Origin: an uncultured Acidobacteriota bacterium
GTDB taxonomy: Bacteria; Acidobacteriota; Thermoanaerobaculia; Multivoradales; UBA5704
DNA length: 64,000 nucleotides
Assembly: GCA_963700145.1 (NCBI GenBank)
Contig: OY969474.1
Coordinates: 4,480,001 to 4,544,000 of the forward strand
Direction: 5' to 3'
Positions 28,069-38,442 of this stretch are shown here, in pieces. The translations under genes and the position numbers were made by a program. The stretch's first letter is position 1. Each line of letters begins with the position of its first letter. The notes below the pieces were generated by a model. It searched no databases. It worked only from the letters and a program-made list of their open reading frames with translations, and was not told where the DNA came from.

Positions 28069-28890
28069 ATGGAGACCCTGGGAATCCTCGACGGCATCGT
28101 CCAGACGTTCGAGCTCGCCACGCAGACGTGGTTCTCGACGCTGTTTCCGATCGCGCAGAACCTGTTCTTCGCGCTCATGGTCATCCAGATCGCATGGGCC
28201 GGAATCTGGTCGACACTCGTTCGGCACGAGAGCGGGGAGCAGGTTCTGGTCCACCTGCTCCGACAGGTCTTCGTCCTCTCCGTGCTCTACACGGTGCTCA
28301 TCTTCTCGCCGATCTGGGTGCCCACGGTTATCGGTTCCTTCGAGCAGGCTGGAGCGGCGGCGGGCGGGATCGACAGCATCAATCCGTCGTCGATTTTCAG
28401 CGGCGGCTTCCTTCTGGCGCTCGGGTTGCTCGACGGCCTCAACAACTGGGGCCTGCTCAACCCCATCACCGGCCCGATGATTCTTTTCACCTGCCTCACG
28501 CTCATCCTCTGCTACGCCTGGATGGCCGGAGTGCTCCTCATCTACTTGGTCGAGAGCTACGTCGTTCTCGGCGGTGGCGTGGTGCTCCTCGGTTTCGGCG
28601 GCTCGCGCTTCACTGCCGGCCTTGCGGACGGTTACCTGATCTACGTCTTTCGCGTGGGCGTCAAGCTCTTCGTCTCTTACCTCATCCTCGGGATCGCCGG
28701 CTCCCTGGCCGCCCAGTGGGCCGGTCTCCTCAACTCCGTAGCGCTCGACAACCCGGGCCCGCTCTTCGAGGTCCTGGGCGGTGCCGTGGTCTTGGCGCTC
28801 GTCACCACCAAAGTGCCGCTCTTTGCGAGCCAGATGCTGGGCGCGGGCACGGGCTTCAGCCTGCGTTCGCTGTTCACGGAGGGTCCATGA
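28069..28890 (+). CDS. trbL: TrbL (VirB6), short form
   Basis: Polytopic membrane protein, VESYVVLGGGVVLLGFGGSRFT...GVKLF. Confidence 0.88.
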   Translation: METLGILDGIVQTFELATQTWFSTLFPIAQNLFFALMVIQIAWAGIWSTLVRHESGEQVLVHLLRQVFVLSVLYTVLIFSPIWVPTVIGSFEQAGAAAGGIDSINPSSIFSGGFLLALGLLDGLNNWGLLNPITGPMILFTCLTLILCYAWMAGVLLIYLVESYVVLGGGVVLLGFGGSRFTAGLADGYLIYVFRVGVKLFVSYLILGIAGSLAAQWAGLLNSVALDNPGPLFEVLGGAVVLALVTTKVPLFASQMLGAGTGFSLRSLFTEGP

Positions 28891-29579
28891 GCCTTAGCCG
28901 TCTCCTTCGACGCCAGCAGGTCGAGTCGGAATCATCCGCGTCGGATCTGAATCTCTCTCGCGGGCGGCGCGAATGGAATGACCGGTACGCCGGCCTCGCG
29001 CGCGGCAAACGGAACTGGCAGCTCGTGGCGTTGGGCCTTCTGGCCGTGGACGGCCTCCTGACCGCCGGGATCATCCACTTGGCGAGCCAGAGCCGCGTGT
29101 CGCCCTTCATCGTGGAGGTCGACCGGCTCGGCCAGGCCGTCGCGTTCGGCCCGGCAGAGCAGCTCCGGAAGACCGACGAGCGCCTCATCCGCTACCAGCT
29201 GAACCTCTTCATCCGCGATGTCCGCTCGGTCTTCTCTGACGCGGAAGTCCAGAAGACCGTGATCAACCGCGCCTACGGCCACGCCAAGGACAGCGCGCTC
29301 GGCTTCCTGAACGATTACTTCAAGAAGAGCAACCCGTTCCTCCGCGAGGCCGAAGGCACGATCACCGTGCAAGTGCAGTCAGTCCTGCGGCTCTCGCCGT
29401 CCAGCTGGCAGGTGCAATGGCGCGAGACCCAGATCGCCCCGGCCGGCCGCGTCGTTTCCGACACCGCCTGGCAGGCGATCCTGGGCGTCGAGCTCACACC
29501 GCCGGAAACAACCGACGTCCTACTCGTCAATCCCCTCGGCCTCTACGTGACCGAAATCAACTGGACCCAGACCCTTTGA
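28887..29579 (+). CDS. trbF: TrbF (VirB8)
   Basis: REWNDRY...NWQ, PFIVEVDRLG, SWQVQWRE, NPLGLYV. Confidence 0.92.
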   Translation: MSLSRLLRRQQVESESSASDLNLSRGRREWNDRYAGLARGKRNWQLVALGLLAVDGLLTAGIIHLASQSRVSPFIVEVDRLGQAVAFGPAEQLRKTDERLIRYQLNLFIRDVRSVFSDAEVQKTVINRAYGHAKDSALGFLNDYFKKSNPFLREAEGTITVQVQSVLRLSPSSWQVQWRETQIAPAGRVVSDTAWQAILGVELTPPETTDVLLVNPLGLYVTEINWTQTL

Positions 29580-29590
29580 GGAGAATCTCG

Positions 29591-30502
29591 ATGAACCGAT
29601 CGAAGCGCTTCGCTCCAATCTGTCTCACCCTTCTCGGAACGCTCGCTGTCCTCGGAGCCGGCACTGCCAGCGCCGGCTCCCGGCCCGAGGCAGCGATCCG
29701 GGACGCGACCCAGCAGTTCGCTACCACCGGTAAGGCCCCCGTCATCGAGCGGAGCGATTCGGTGGTCTACCCCTTTGGCGAGAGTCAGCCGGTTCTTCAA
29801 TGCACGCCGCTTCGGGCCTGCGACGTCGAGCTCGAGGCGGGGGAGGTCGTGCACGGCGTGGCTCTCGGCGACACCGAGCGCTGGATCTCGAGCCCGCTCT
29901 ACTCGGGCGACCCCGACGCCCTGGTGCCGCACGTGGTGGTCAAGCCGAGGGACTACGGCGTCGCCACGAACATGATCGTGACGACGACGCGCCGGACCTA
30001 CCATCTCAACCTCGTCGCCCCGGCGAAGGGCAAGACCGACGAGACGGAGGGCGCCTACCTCCGTCGCGTCCGCTTCTACTACCCGGGAGACGTCGTCGAG
30101 CAGTGGTCCGACGCCGCTCAGCTCGAAGTGGCGCGCGCCAACCGGCACAGCGAAGCGACCATCGCGAGCCTCAGTGGCGCCATGAACCCGGGGCGGATGA
30201 ACTTCGACTACGCGCTGTCGGGTGGCCACTTCTCGGGCTTCCGGCCGGCGACGATCTTCGACGACGGCCACCACACCTACATCCAGCTGCCGGCTGGGAC
30301 GGCCGCCGGCGACGCGCCGGCCTTCCTGGCTCGCTCGCAAGCAGGCGAGGAGGCGATCCTCAACTACCGCATGAACGGCCCTTGGATCATCGTCGACGGG
30401 CTCTTCGAGCGCGGTGAGCTCGTGGCCGGCGTCGGACGCTCGCGCAAGACGGTGAAGATCACCAACCGCGGTTTCCGCCGCGCCATGGCGGAGAGTCGCT
30501 GA
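29591..30502 (+). CDS. trbG: TrbG (VirB9)
   Basis: YPFGESQPVLQCTPLRACDVELEAGE, GDTERW, TTRRTY, FDDGHHTYI, NYR. Confidence 0.92.
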   Translation: MNRSKRFAPICLTLLGTLAVLGAGTASAGSRPEAAIRDATQQFATTGKAPVIERSDSVVYPFGESQPVLQCTPLRACDVELEAGEVVHGVALGDTERWISSPLYSGDPDALVPHVVVKPRDYGVATNMIVTTTRRTYHLNLVAPAKGKTDETEGAYLRRVRFYYPGDVVEQWSDAAQLEVARANRHSEATIASLSGAMNPGRMNFDYALSGGHFSGFRPATIFDDGHHTYIQLPAGTAAGDAPAFLARSQAGEEAILNYRMNGPWIIVDGLFERGELVAGVGRSRKTVKITNRGFRRAMAESR

Positions 30503-31773
30503 TGGAGACCGGGACCCCGGCTGCGGAGCCGAAGGAGGGCGAGCTGGAGCTCACCCCACGGCCCCGCATCAAGAAGCTCAGCTCGGCGATCGTCTGGATC
30601 GCCGCCATCTTCGCAGTCGCCGTTCTCTGGCTTGTCGGCTACCTCGTGAGCTCGAAGGCCCGCCGGCCCAGCCAGGAACGGCGGGTGGCCGCGGTCCCGC
30701 CGCCGGTCGATGACCTCGCCGAACGAATCCAGCGCGCGGCTCAGAGGGAGGCAACGCTCGCCGCGGAACACGCTGCGATGGAACGAGGCAGGCAGCTCCA
30801 GGAGCCTCATGACCTGCCTCCCGGGTTCGAGGAGCTTCTCGCCGAGCAGCAGGCCCTGTCGGCCGGGCCGCCTGCCGGCGCTTACGGCCGCGAACCCGTC
30901 CGTGCTGGCTCCAGCGCCGAGAACGCCCGCTCGCCGTTGCAACGTGCATTCGACTCGGAGCTGGTGCCCGCGGCATTTCGATCCACCAGCCCTCGTGCCG
31001 TAGGTGGCCGGGAGCACGGAGAAGCCGACGACGGCAATCCTTCGGCCCCACCGGATCTCGCGACACTGCGCGCGGAGTTGGTGCGCGCGTTCGAGGCGAA
31101 GACCCAGCCACCGTCGCAGCCGCAGGAGACGCCGGCGAAGGAGTCAACCGTAGGCGCGTTGCTGCCGGCCGGATCTCCCTTCCGGATCTCCGCCGGCACG
31201 CTGATCCCGGCGGTTCTCACGGCCGGCATCAACTCCGACTTGCCGGGCCAGACGACGGCTCTAGTGCGCCGCAACGTCTACGACAGCCGCACGGGCCGGT
31301 TCCTTCTCGTGCCGCAGGGAAGCCGGCTCATCGGCGAGTACGACAGTCGGGTCGCGTTCGGGCAGAAGCGGGTGCTCGTCGCCTGGAATCGGCTGGTCTT
31401 CCCGGACGGCCGCTCGATCGACCTTGCGGGCATGCCGGGTGTCGACCTCGCGGCGGCTGCCGGCCTCCGCGACAAGGTCAACAACCACTTCGTCCGCACG
31501 TTCGGCAGCGCGTTGCTGATCGCCGCGGTGTCGGCCGGCGTACAGCTATCGCAGCCCGAGGACGACGGTGCGTTCCGCTCCAACCCATCGCCGTCGCAGC
31601 TCGCCGCAGCGGCCGTCGGCCAGGAGCTGGGGCGCGTCGCAACGGAGTACCTCCGCCGCAATCTCGACGTGCGACCGACGATCGAAGTTCGACCCGGCTA
31701 CGAGCTGAATGTGGAGGTCACGGCCGACCTCGATTTGCCGGGTCCCTACGACCAGGCCGCCGCAGCGTACTGA
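30502..31773 (+). CDS. trbI: TrbI (VirB10)
   Basis: AGTLIPAVLTAGINSDLPG, VYDSRTG, PQGSRLIGEY, PTIEVRPG. Confidence 0.95.
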   Translation: METGTPAAEPKEGELELTPRPRIKKLSSAIVWIAAIFAVAVLWLVGYLVSSKARRPSQERRVAAVPPPVDDLAERIQRAAQREATLAAEHAAMERGRQLQEPHDLPPGFEELLAEQQALSAGPPAGAYGREPVRAGSSAENARSPLQRAFDSELVPAAFRSTSPRAVGGREHGEADDGNPSAPPDLATLRAELVRAFEAKTQPPSQPQETPAKESTVGALLPAGSPFRISAGTLIPAVLTAGINSDLPGQTTALVRRNVYDSRTGRFLLVPQGSRLIGEYDSRVAFGQKRVLVAWNRLVFPDGRSIDLAGMPGVDLAAAAGLRDKVNNHFVRTFGSALLIAAVSAGVQLSQPEDDGAFRSNPSPSQLAAAAVGQELGRVATEYLRRNLDVRPTIEVRPGYELNVEVTADLDLPGPYDQAAAAY

Positions 31774-31780
31774 GGGCAGC

Positions 31781-32509
31781 ATGCGGATCGTCACGGTGAC
31801 CAACCAGAAGGGCGGGGTGGGGAAGACCACGCTCGTTTGCCACCTCGCCCTCGCGGGTATCGAGCGCGGCCTCCGGACGCTGGTGGTCGACCTCGACACG
31901 CAGGGCAATGCGAGCACCATGCTCGCGCGAGACGCCGCGGTCGCCGGCCAGCCCGGCGGCGCCTCGGCGCTCTTCGCGGATGCGCCGCTCGTTCCGACGG
32001 TCACCGCGAGCGGCCTTCACCTGCTGCACGGCCATCAGCGGCTCGACGAGGTCGATCAGCGGGTGGGCTTAGCCGACTCGAGGCGGGTGCGCGACCGCCT
32101 GCGGGCGCTGCCCTATGACCTGGTCGTGATCGACACGCCGCCGGCGATCGGGGTTCGCCATCTCGGTCCGCAGGTCTGGGCCGACCTCGTGGTGACGCCG
32201 CTCGAGCCGAACAGCTTCTCGCTCCTGGCGCTCGGTCAGACGCTGGCCACGATCGAGGAGATCCGCACCATCCGGCCCGGGCTCGAGAACCGGGTGCTCA
32301 TCAACCGCTTCACGCGCTCGTCGGGCCAGCAGAACCGCTACATCGCGCTGCTCGGCGAGCACGTGCCGCTTACGCGGCCGTTTCTGACCCTGCGCGTCGC
32401 CGTCTCTGATGCGCTCGACGAGGGAGTGCCGGTCTGGCGCTTCCGCCGCGCCGACCGTGAGACCCGTGAGACCTGGATGGAACTGTGCGGAGGGCTGATC
32501 GGTGGCTGA
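31781..32509 (+). CDS. parA: ParA/IncC partition ATPase
   Basis: NQKGGVGKTT, VDLDTQGN, VIDTPP. Confidence 0.92.
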   Translation: MRIVTVTNQKGGVGKTTLVCHLALAGIERGLRTLVVDLDTQGNASTMLARDAAVAGQPGGASALFADAPLVPTVTASGLHLLHGHQRLDEVDQRVGLADSRRVRDRLRALPYDLVVIDTPPAIGVRHLGPQVWADLVVTPLEPNSFSLLALGQTLATIEEIRTIRPGLENRVLINRFTRSSGQQNRYIALLGEHVPLTRPFLTLRVAVSDALDEGVPVWRFRRADRETRETWMELCGGLIGG

Positions 32510-33470
32510 GAGAGCAGAAGCAACCCTGGGCATGAGCTCGCTCGACCGCCTGCGCGAGCTCAAGGAGGAGACCGAGCGCCGTCAGGCCGGCGGCAAGCGG
32601 CGCGTGGTCGACCTGCCGATCGGCGAGGTCCACCCCGACCCCCGCCAGGTCCGCAGCGACTTCGTCGCCGATGTTCTGAGCGCCGAGGATCAGGAAGACC
32701 TCGAAGGCCTCGCGCGGAACATCGCCGCGATCGGCATCCACAACCCGATCCACGTGCGGCCGGACGCCGAGGGCGGCTACGTCATCATCTCCGGCGAGCG
32801 CCGCTGGCGCGCCGCCGGCATCGCGGGCCTCGATACCCTCCCTTGCCTGGTCGCCGCCGAGGGCGAGCTCGACACTGGCCGCAACACCCTTACCCAGCTC
32901 TCCGAGAACCTCCAGCGCTCGAACCTCAAGCTCCTCGACGTCGCGAACGCGCTCAGGCGCTGCCTGGACGAGACCGGCCTTGGTCAAGGGGACCTGGCTA
33001 AGGAGCTTGGCAAGTCGAAGTCTTGGGTGTCGAAGTACCTGGCGCTCCTGAAGGCTGAGGGGCCGTTTCGGGCGGCACTGGATGATGGCTTGCTCGGCAA
33101 TCCGGAGACGGCGCGGATGTTCGGCAGACTCGATCGCGGTGAGCAGGATCGACTCCTCCGTCGAGCCAGGAAGAAGAAGGAGCCGATAAGCCACTCTGAG
33201 GTAGTCAGGCTCGATCGCAGGAGGGACAAGGAAGGCACGGAAGGATCCTCGGGGAATCCCGTCGCTCCAGCAGCAGACAGGGACGATACAACTGCCGTGC
33301 AGCGCGGCAGTCTCGCTGACGCGCCAGATCCGATGGAAGAGCCACGCTACATGGTGAGGCTGACGTCGTTGCAGCTGCGGCAGCTGATTGAGCGCATCGG
33401 CGGGAGCCCGGGCGGCGATCAGGACCTCGTAGAGAGTCTGTTCGCGCTCCTATCGTCTCCCGTCCCTTGA
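32502..33470 (+). CDS. parB: ParB/KorB-like partition protein
   Basis: PDPRQVR, ISGERRWRAA, ENLQRSNL, HTH LAKELGKSKSWVSKYL. Confidence 0.92.
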   Translation: MAERAEATLGMSSLDRLRELKEETERRQAGGKRRVVDLPIGEVHPDPRQVRSDFVADVLSAEDQEDLEGLARNIAAIGIHNPIHVRPDAEGGYVIISGERRWRAAGIAGLDTLPCLVAAEGELDTGRNTLTQLSENLQRSNLKLLDVANALRRCLDETGLGQGDLAKELGKSKSWVSKYLALLKAEGPFRAALDDGLLGNPETARMFGRLDRGEQDRLLRRARKKKEPISHSEVVRLDRRRDKEGTEGSSGNPVAPAADRDDTTAVQRGSLADAPDPMEEPRYMVRLTSLQLRQLIERIGGSPGGDQDLVESLFALLSSPVP

Positions 33471-33566
33471 TTGCGAGGCGCTCCGTCGGAGTGGGCCTGT
33501 TGAGGACGGCATCAGCTCCGCCTAGAATCAACACCTGTCTATCTCGACTTCGCGTGCCCGCGGCTG

Positions 33567-35234
33567 ATGGATGCCAAGACCGCCTGGCTCAAACCGCCTT
33601 TCAAGGCCGGGGGTGTCGACCACCTAGGCATCCAGCAGACGCCCGTCAGGATCTTCTCGACGCTTCTCCCTGGCCTAACCGTCGTTACCGATCGCGTCTC
33701 GAACTACTCCTTCTACCCCTGGGTGGCTTGGGCATTCGACCAGGAAGGAGACTGGGGCGAACTCGACTTCATTCGCGTCTTGCGGCGGGCAGAGTGCCTG
33801 CTCACACTCATTGCGGAGCGGCATTCCCAGGCACTGAGCGAAGACGTGGTGCTCCACAGCCGCGGGCTAGTCGGTCGCAACACGCTGGCGCCGGCCCTCC
33901 GAGCGGAAGCAGTAAGGCCGATCCCGTTGGGAGAGCTCGCCGCACCTCGCTCTGAGAACCCGGATTCGTACTTCCAGCACGAGGCCGGAGGTTTAGGGCA
34001 GTACTACCTCGGTCCACTTCGTGAGCTAGGAGTCCTTCAACGTTCGGGAGTGAAGTTCGAATACTCGGACGACATCGGGGTTCCACTCGCGCAAGCGCTT
34101 GACAGCCGGGTTGACCGTAAGGCCTTCTTGAAGGTCGTCAAGCGGGGGACGGTCGACGAGCGGGAGCTCGACCGGCTAGCGAGCTTCTGCCCCTGCCACC
34201 TCGCGGGTCATGTTCCTGAACGTGAACTTCTCATCGACCTGCTGTTCGGGCGAACGCGCGAACGAACTCCTCCCGACGACCTCCGCAGGCAAACACTCTT
34301 GCTCTTGCTGGATCTCGCCGCGTGCCGTGACCGCCTCGGGTCCGCGCCCCTCGACGCCGCTTTCCGAGCGGCTTGCCTTACCGGCGCGATCGACGACGGA
34401 ACGGCTTGGCCAGTTCCCGAGCCCTGGCAGGCGGTTGCGCGCTCCTGGGCTACCTATGAGCGTAACGACGAACTTTCGATTGGCATCCTTGGCGTCTTCT
34501 GGGCCGCGCTCAAGCTGCTCGACGAAGAGGGTGGCCAAGCCGAGAGCACTCGGGCGGTTGGGGCACTCGTCTCGCGGGCGGTCAAGGGGGCGCTCGGGAA
34601 GGAGTCCGGCCGGAAACTGTCTGACGCTATCCGAGCCAGAGCGGCGTCTCTCCCCCCGCTGTCGGAGTGGGAGGCTCCCGAGCACGAGTTCCTCCGCTCC
34701 TTCGATATTCGGAGTGAGGCGCGGAGTGGGGACGTCGAAGCTTGCTTGCGAGCAGCCCTCGACACTCTTACTGCTCTCGCTGCGCGTCACATGGAGCCGC
34801 AGCCGTATCGAGAGATTGCGATTCCGCCGGACTACCTGAACGACTACCCCCTCAATCTCGCCAGCTTTCACCTCAAGCTCGAAGGTGAGTGGCAGGCCCT
34901 CTCGCTTGCCGAGTGGGCGGCCGTGCTTGCGACCGACTGGGGCCTCGAAGCGCACCTGCGCGTAGCCCTTCGCAAGATGCACTACGAGTCGAGAGACAAG
35001 TTCTTGGTGTATGTGACGGACGAGGGCGTTAAGAGGCGGCCCAGCACGGAGGCACCCCTTCCTGGCTTCACTGCCTCGCGCTTGAATCGGGCAGTTCAGT
35101 TCCTCGCAGACCTTGGGCTGGCGACGTGGGAACGGCCTGCAGCTACGAGTGAGGAAGTGACGCAGTTCTCGGGTGAGTGGGTCGCGAGGATCTCGCCGAT
35201 GGGCCGCAAGCTCCGGGAGCAGCTCGGTGGCTGA
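33567..35234 (+). CDS. Uncharacterised 555-aa protein, candidate defence component
   Basis: Long ORF; N-terminal GVDHLG...LLPGLTVVTDRVSNYSFYPW and LGQYYLGPL motifs; overlaps the PLD gene start. Confidence 0.75.
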   Translation: MDAKTAWLKPPFKAGGVDHLGIQQTPVRIFSTLLPGLTVVTDRVSNYSFYPWVAWAFDQEGDWGELDFIRVLRRAECLLTLIAERHSQALSEDVVLHSRGLVGRNTLAPALRAEAVRPIPLGELAAPRSENPDSYFQHEAGGLGQYYLGPLRELGVLQRSGVKFEYSDDIGVPLAQALDSRVDRKAFLKVVKRGTVDERELDRLASFCPCHLAGHVPERELLIDLLFGRTRERTPPDDLRRQTLLLLLDLAACRDRLGSAPLDAAFRAACLTGAIDDGTAWPVPEPWQAVARSWATYERNDELSIGILGVFWAALKLLDEEGGQAESTRAVGALVSRAVKGALGKESGRKLSDAIRARAASLPPLSEWEAPEHEFLRSFDIRSEARSGDVEACLRAALDTLTALAARHMEPQPYREIAIPPDYLNDYPLNLASFHLKLEGEWQALSLAEWAAVLATDWGLEAHLRVALRKMHYESRDKFLVYVTDEGVKRRPSTEAPLPGFTASRLNRAVQFLADLGLATWERPAATSEEVTQFSGEWVARISPMGRKLREQLGG

Positions 35235-37719
35235 CACGATCCGTCGGCCGGTCTCGCTGCTCGATGAGCTCCAGGCGGGTGCTGGGTTCGAGGCCGGACT
35301 GCTCACCAGCTTCAATTCTTATCTCCCATTCGTCGAGGAGGTTGTCTTCCCGCGCCTGCGGGCGACGGGTTGCCACTACCTCGTCGCGATGAGCGATCGG
35401 GCGCAGTTGGCAAGCGAGCTCGCGGAGAAAACGCGTCGGCCTCAGACGGCGGGGCGACGGTATGCGTTGCTGCCGATCGGATGCGGCGGCGCTTTCCACC
35501 CCAAGATCCTCCTCCTGGTGGGGCCGAAGCGAGCGCGGTTATTCATCGGCAGCCACAACCTCACCATGTCCGGCTTCATTCAGAACCGCGAGCTCACGAA
35601 CATCATTGAAATCACGGGGCCCAAGGACCGGGAAGGGGCCGCAGCGCTCATCGAGGCCATCGAGTTCTGCAAAGCATGGGCGGTCGATCTTCCGCTTGCT
35701 CTGCGGACCGTCATCGAGGACTTTGGGAAGCTCTGCGCGGCGTACGCAGGGCCGGTGCCGGAACGGATCTCGACTACGGTGGTTGGAGCGCGCCCGACAG
35801 GCCCCTCCCTTTGGCAGCGAGTAAGAAGCCTCCTGCCTGAATCGGCAAAGAGAATCGTCGTACTGGGTCCCTACTTTGACCAGGGCCTTTCGTTCCTGAA
35901 GCGTCTCCAAGACGATCTCGGCCCCCGGAGCTTGGTCGTGGGCCTGGACCCAAAGTCCGCCCACTTTCCGGGCGACATGAAGGCGCTACCAAGCGGCCTT
36001 CGAGTCGTCGACGCCCACGACCTGAGCCCAGGCCACAAGGGACGAGGATTCCTTCACGGAAAGGCGATCCTGATCGAGGGCAAGTCAGAGCGAATTCTGA
36101 TTACGGGAAGTGCCAACCCGACCGCTCGCGCCTGGCTGGCTCCCGCGGGCTCGCGAAATGCCGAGATCGTGGTCGTGCGGAGGCTCCCGGCGAGCCATCC
36201 GGACGACTTGGGCTTGGTCCAACTTTGCGACCAGGATCCGCTCGAGGAACGCGTACTCTCGAAGCTACGTGCTCGTCCAGAACCAAAGGGTGAGCCCGCG
36301 GACTCTAGCGGGCTCCTCGTGGGGGTCTGTCAGGAATCGACGATTCACATCGAAGGCACCTTCCGCGCGAGCAGCGCCGTGGTGGTTCGCGACTCCCGCG
36401 GGGCTGAGCTCAAGTCGCGCACGAGAAAGACGCCTGGAGGCATGGTCGTCGACGTTGAGGAGCGTGCCCACGATGCAAGCTCCCTCGAAGCAACCGTCGA
36501 CGGCCAGATTCGCTACGGGTTCGTCCATCATCCGGAACTCCTGCGGGAGGCGGCCTTGTCGTCCTCGCAAAGACGAGTCCGTGAGGCGCTGAGCGGCCTC
36601 AGCGGTGATGCCTCCCAGTTGGAGGGCCTGCTGCGTCTGGTGGAGAAGGTAATCTTCGAAGCCCCTGCCGTACGAGTCGTCGCCGGCCGTTCCAAGGAGG
36701 AGTCCAAGGAGCCCAAAGGAGGTCGGAAGGAGGGTCCGACCGTCGTCCTCGTCGAAACACTGAAGGCGGGGCAGATCCACGACCGTCGGCACCTAGCCGA
36801 GGGCGATCTGGGCCTACTTCTCGACTTCCTCTTGCGGAAGCTCTGGCAGAACCTCGCCCATGAGCCATCTGCCGGCGGGCGTTCGGAAGTCGAGCTGGTC
36901 GACAGTGAGAACGAGGACTTCGCGGAGCAGCTGCCCTCTGACCGGACCATTGCAGAGGCGTGGCATCGGAAGAGCCGGACACTTCTCAAGCGTCTCCGGC
37001 GAAGGATCGAAGAAGGAAGCGAAGCCTTGCCGGTCGTGATCGAGGCTGCCGCAGTATTGGGTGTGCTCGAGGCTGTCCGGAGAGTCGAAGATCAGGACCG
37101 CTGGCGCTCGGTGCGAGCCGAGTTCGTCGATCGCGAGGCGGCGGAAGAGTTCGTCCTGGCTGCGACGCCGCGACTGCTCACCGCCGCAACCGGCCTCGTC
37201 GACCGATCGACGGTCGAGGCAGGAGCACCCTTCGCAGAGCAGCAGGGCCTGATCGAGTGGATGACTTGGCTTGCGTGGCTGACAGGTTTCGGTCCGACGG
37301 ACCTTACGCTCGAGGAGGACCCCGAGGAGCCTGAGTCGGCAAGCGTGGAGGCTGATCGCCTCGCGTGCGCCTGCATCATCGGAGCGCATGCTTCTCGATG
37401 CAATCAGGCTCGACTGCTCGAGTTCTTGGAGGCAGCTCCATTCCCGGGGACCGACGCTCGCGGCTGGCTTGATGCGCTCTTGCAGCTGGGCGCAACGTTC
37501 GCCAACCCGCTGGCTGCACGGAAGCTCGATCGGCCACCACGACTGGGCGACCTTGTCTTGACCCTCGCTGGCGCCGGTCCGTTCGTCGTGCGGAGCGTTC
37601 GCGCTGGAAAGGTCGACCTCATCGACTTCGGGCGCGAGAACGGCGTGGCGACGTTCCTCTCGAGCTCAGTTCGCGTTCTCGACGCAGAAGTCAGCCGCCA
37701 GCGGCACGCTGCGGGCTGA
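35227..37719 (+). CDS. Phospholipase D-like (nuclease) domain protein with long unknown C-terminus
   Basis: Two HxK...GSxN motifs: FHPKILLL...GSHNLT and LHGKAILI...GSANPT. Confidence 0.8.
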   Translation: MADTIRRPVSLLDELQAGAGFEAGLLTSFNSYLPFVEEVVFPRLRATGCHYLVAMSDRAQLASELAEKTRRPQTAGRRYALLPIGCGGAFHPKILLLVGPKRARLFIGSHNLTMSGFIQNRELTNIIEITGPKDREGAAALIEAIEFCKAWAVDLPLALRTVIEDFGKLCAAYAGPVPERISTTVVGARPTGPSLWQRVRSLLPESAKRIVVLGPYFDQGLSFLKRLQDDLGPRSLVVGLDPKSAHFPGDMKALPSGLRVVDAHDLSPGHKGRGFLHGKAILIEGKSERILITGSANPTARAWLAPAGSRNAEIVVVRRLPASHPDDLGLVQLCDQDPLEERVLSKLRARPEPKGEPADSSGLLVGVCQESTIHIEGTFRASSAVVVRDSRGAELKSRTRKTPGGMVVDVEERAHDASSLEATVDGQIRYGFVHHPELLREAALSSSQRRVREALSGLSGDASQLEGLLRLVEKVIFEAPAVRVVAGRSKEESKEPKGGRKEGPTVVLVETLKAGQIHDRRHLAEGDLGLLLDFLLRKLWQNLAHEPSAGGRSEVELVDSENEDFAEQLPSDRTIAEAWHRKSRTLLKRLRRRIEEGSEALPVVIEAAAVLGVLEAVRRVEDQDRWRSVRAEFVDREAAEEFVLAATPRLLTAATGLVDRSTVEAGAPFAEQQGLIEWMTWLAWLTGFGPTDLTLEEDPEEPESASVEADRLACACIIGAHASRCNQARLLEFLEAAPFPGTDARGWLDALLQLGATFANPLAARKLDRPPRLGDLVLTLAGAGPFVVRSVRAGKVDLIDFGRENGVATFLSSSVRVLDAEVSRQRHAAG

Positions 37720-37758
37720 GCCCCAGCGTCAGGCGACGCCGGCAGATGGCCCCGGCGC

Positions 37759-38385
37759 TTATCGGACAGGAAGAACCAAGCACGACTCCGATAGCAGGGA
37801 CACGGGAACGGACCAGCCGGTCCGGAGCAGTGCGGCACCGATTAGGGAGTAGACGGATGGTTCCGCGATGATGTTCGCGCCTGCCGGGTTGGGCAATGAC
37901 TTGACGAAGGCGTTGACAGCGAGGCCTGCGTCGCCACGGTGCGTGTCGGACTTCGCAGCCCCGGAGACGAAAGCCTCCCAGAGAAACAGGCCTCCTTTGT
38001 GCTTCTCGAAGTCGGGCCAGTTGAAGTAGACGCTAGGCTCGCGCGGAAGCGCCCTCCGAATGTGATCCAAGACCCAAGCGGCTTGTACGAGCCCGGTCGC
38101 GAGTGAGCCGCACCCTGCCCCAGCCGACCATGGGCGGTCCTTCTCTCCAGCCCGTGCGCGCATCAGCTCCGATGGCTCGGCGCGGAGCGGGACAAAGAGC
38201 GGGCACTCGAACCCGAGGGCCACAGATCGTCCCGATCGAAGCCTCGCCAGGACCGCGTCAGTGAACGCCCGGATCGAGCCGCTGTCTGGTACCTCCTCAG
38301 CGGCACCGGGCAAGTCACAGATCGCCCAGCCGAAGTTTCCCTTCACTTCTGACCCGACATCCGCGCACGCGACTGAGAGATTCAT
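37759..38385 (-). CDS. Hypothetical protein, possible RNase H-fold (DUF429-like) nuclease
   Basis: VACADVGS...FGWA, ALGFECPLFVP, LWEAFVSG, H..DA acidic motif pattern. Confidence 0.55.
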   Translation of the reverse strand: MNLSVACADVGSEVKGNFGWAICDLPGAAEEVPDSGSIRAFTDAVLARLRSGRSVALGFECPLFVPLRAEPSELMRARAGEKDRPWSAGAGCGSLATGLVQAAWVLDHIRRALPREPSVYFNWPDFEKHKGGLFLWEAFVSGAAKSDTHRGDAGLAVNAFVKSLPNPAGANIIAEPSVYSLIGAALLRTGWSVPVSLLSESCLVLPVR

Positions 38386-38442
38386 GCGCCCAGGCTCCTC
38401 ACAGGGGGCGTAGCTCCCGGCCACTGAGCGGCGACCACTCGT

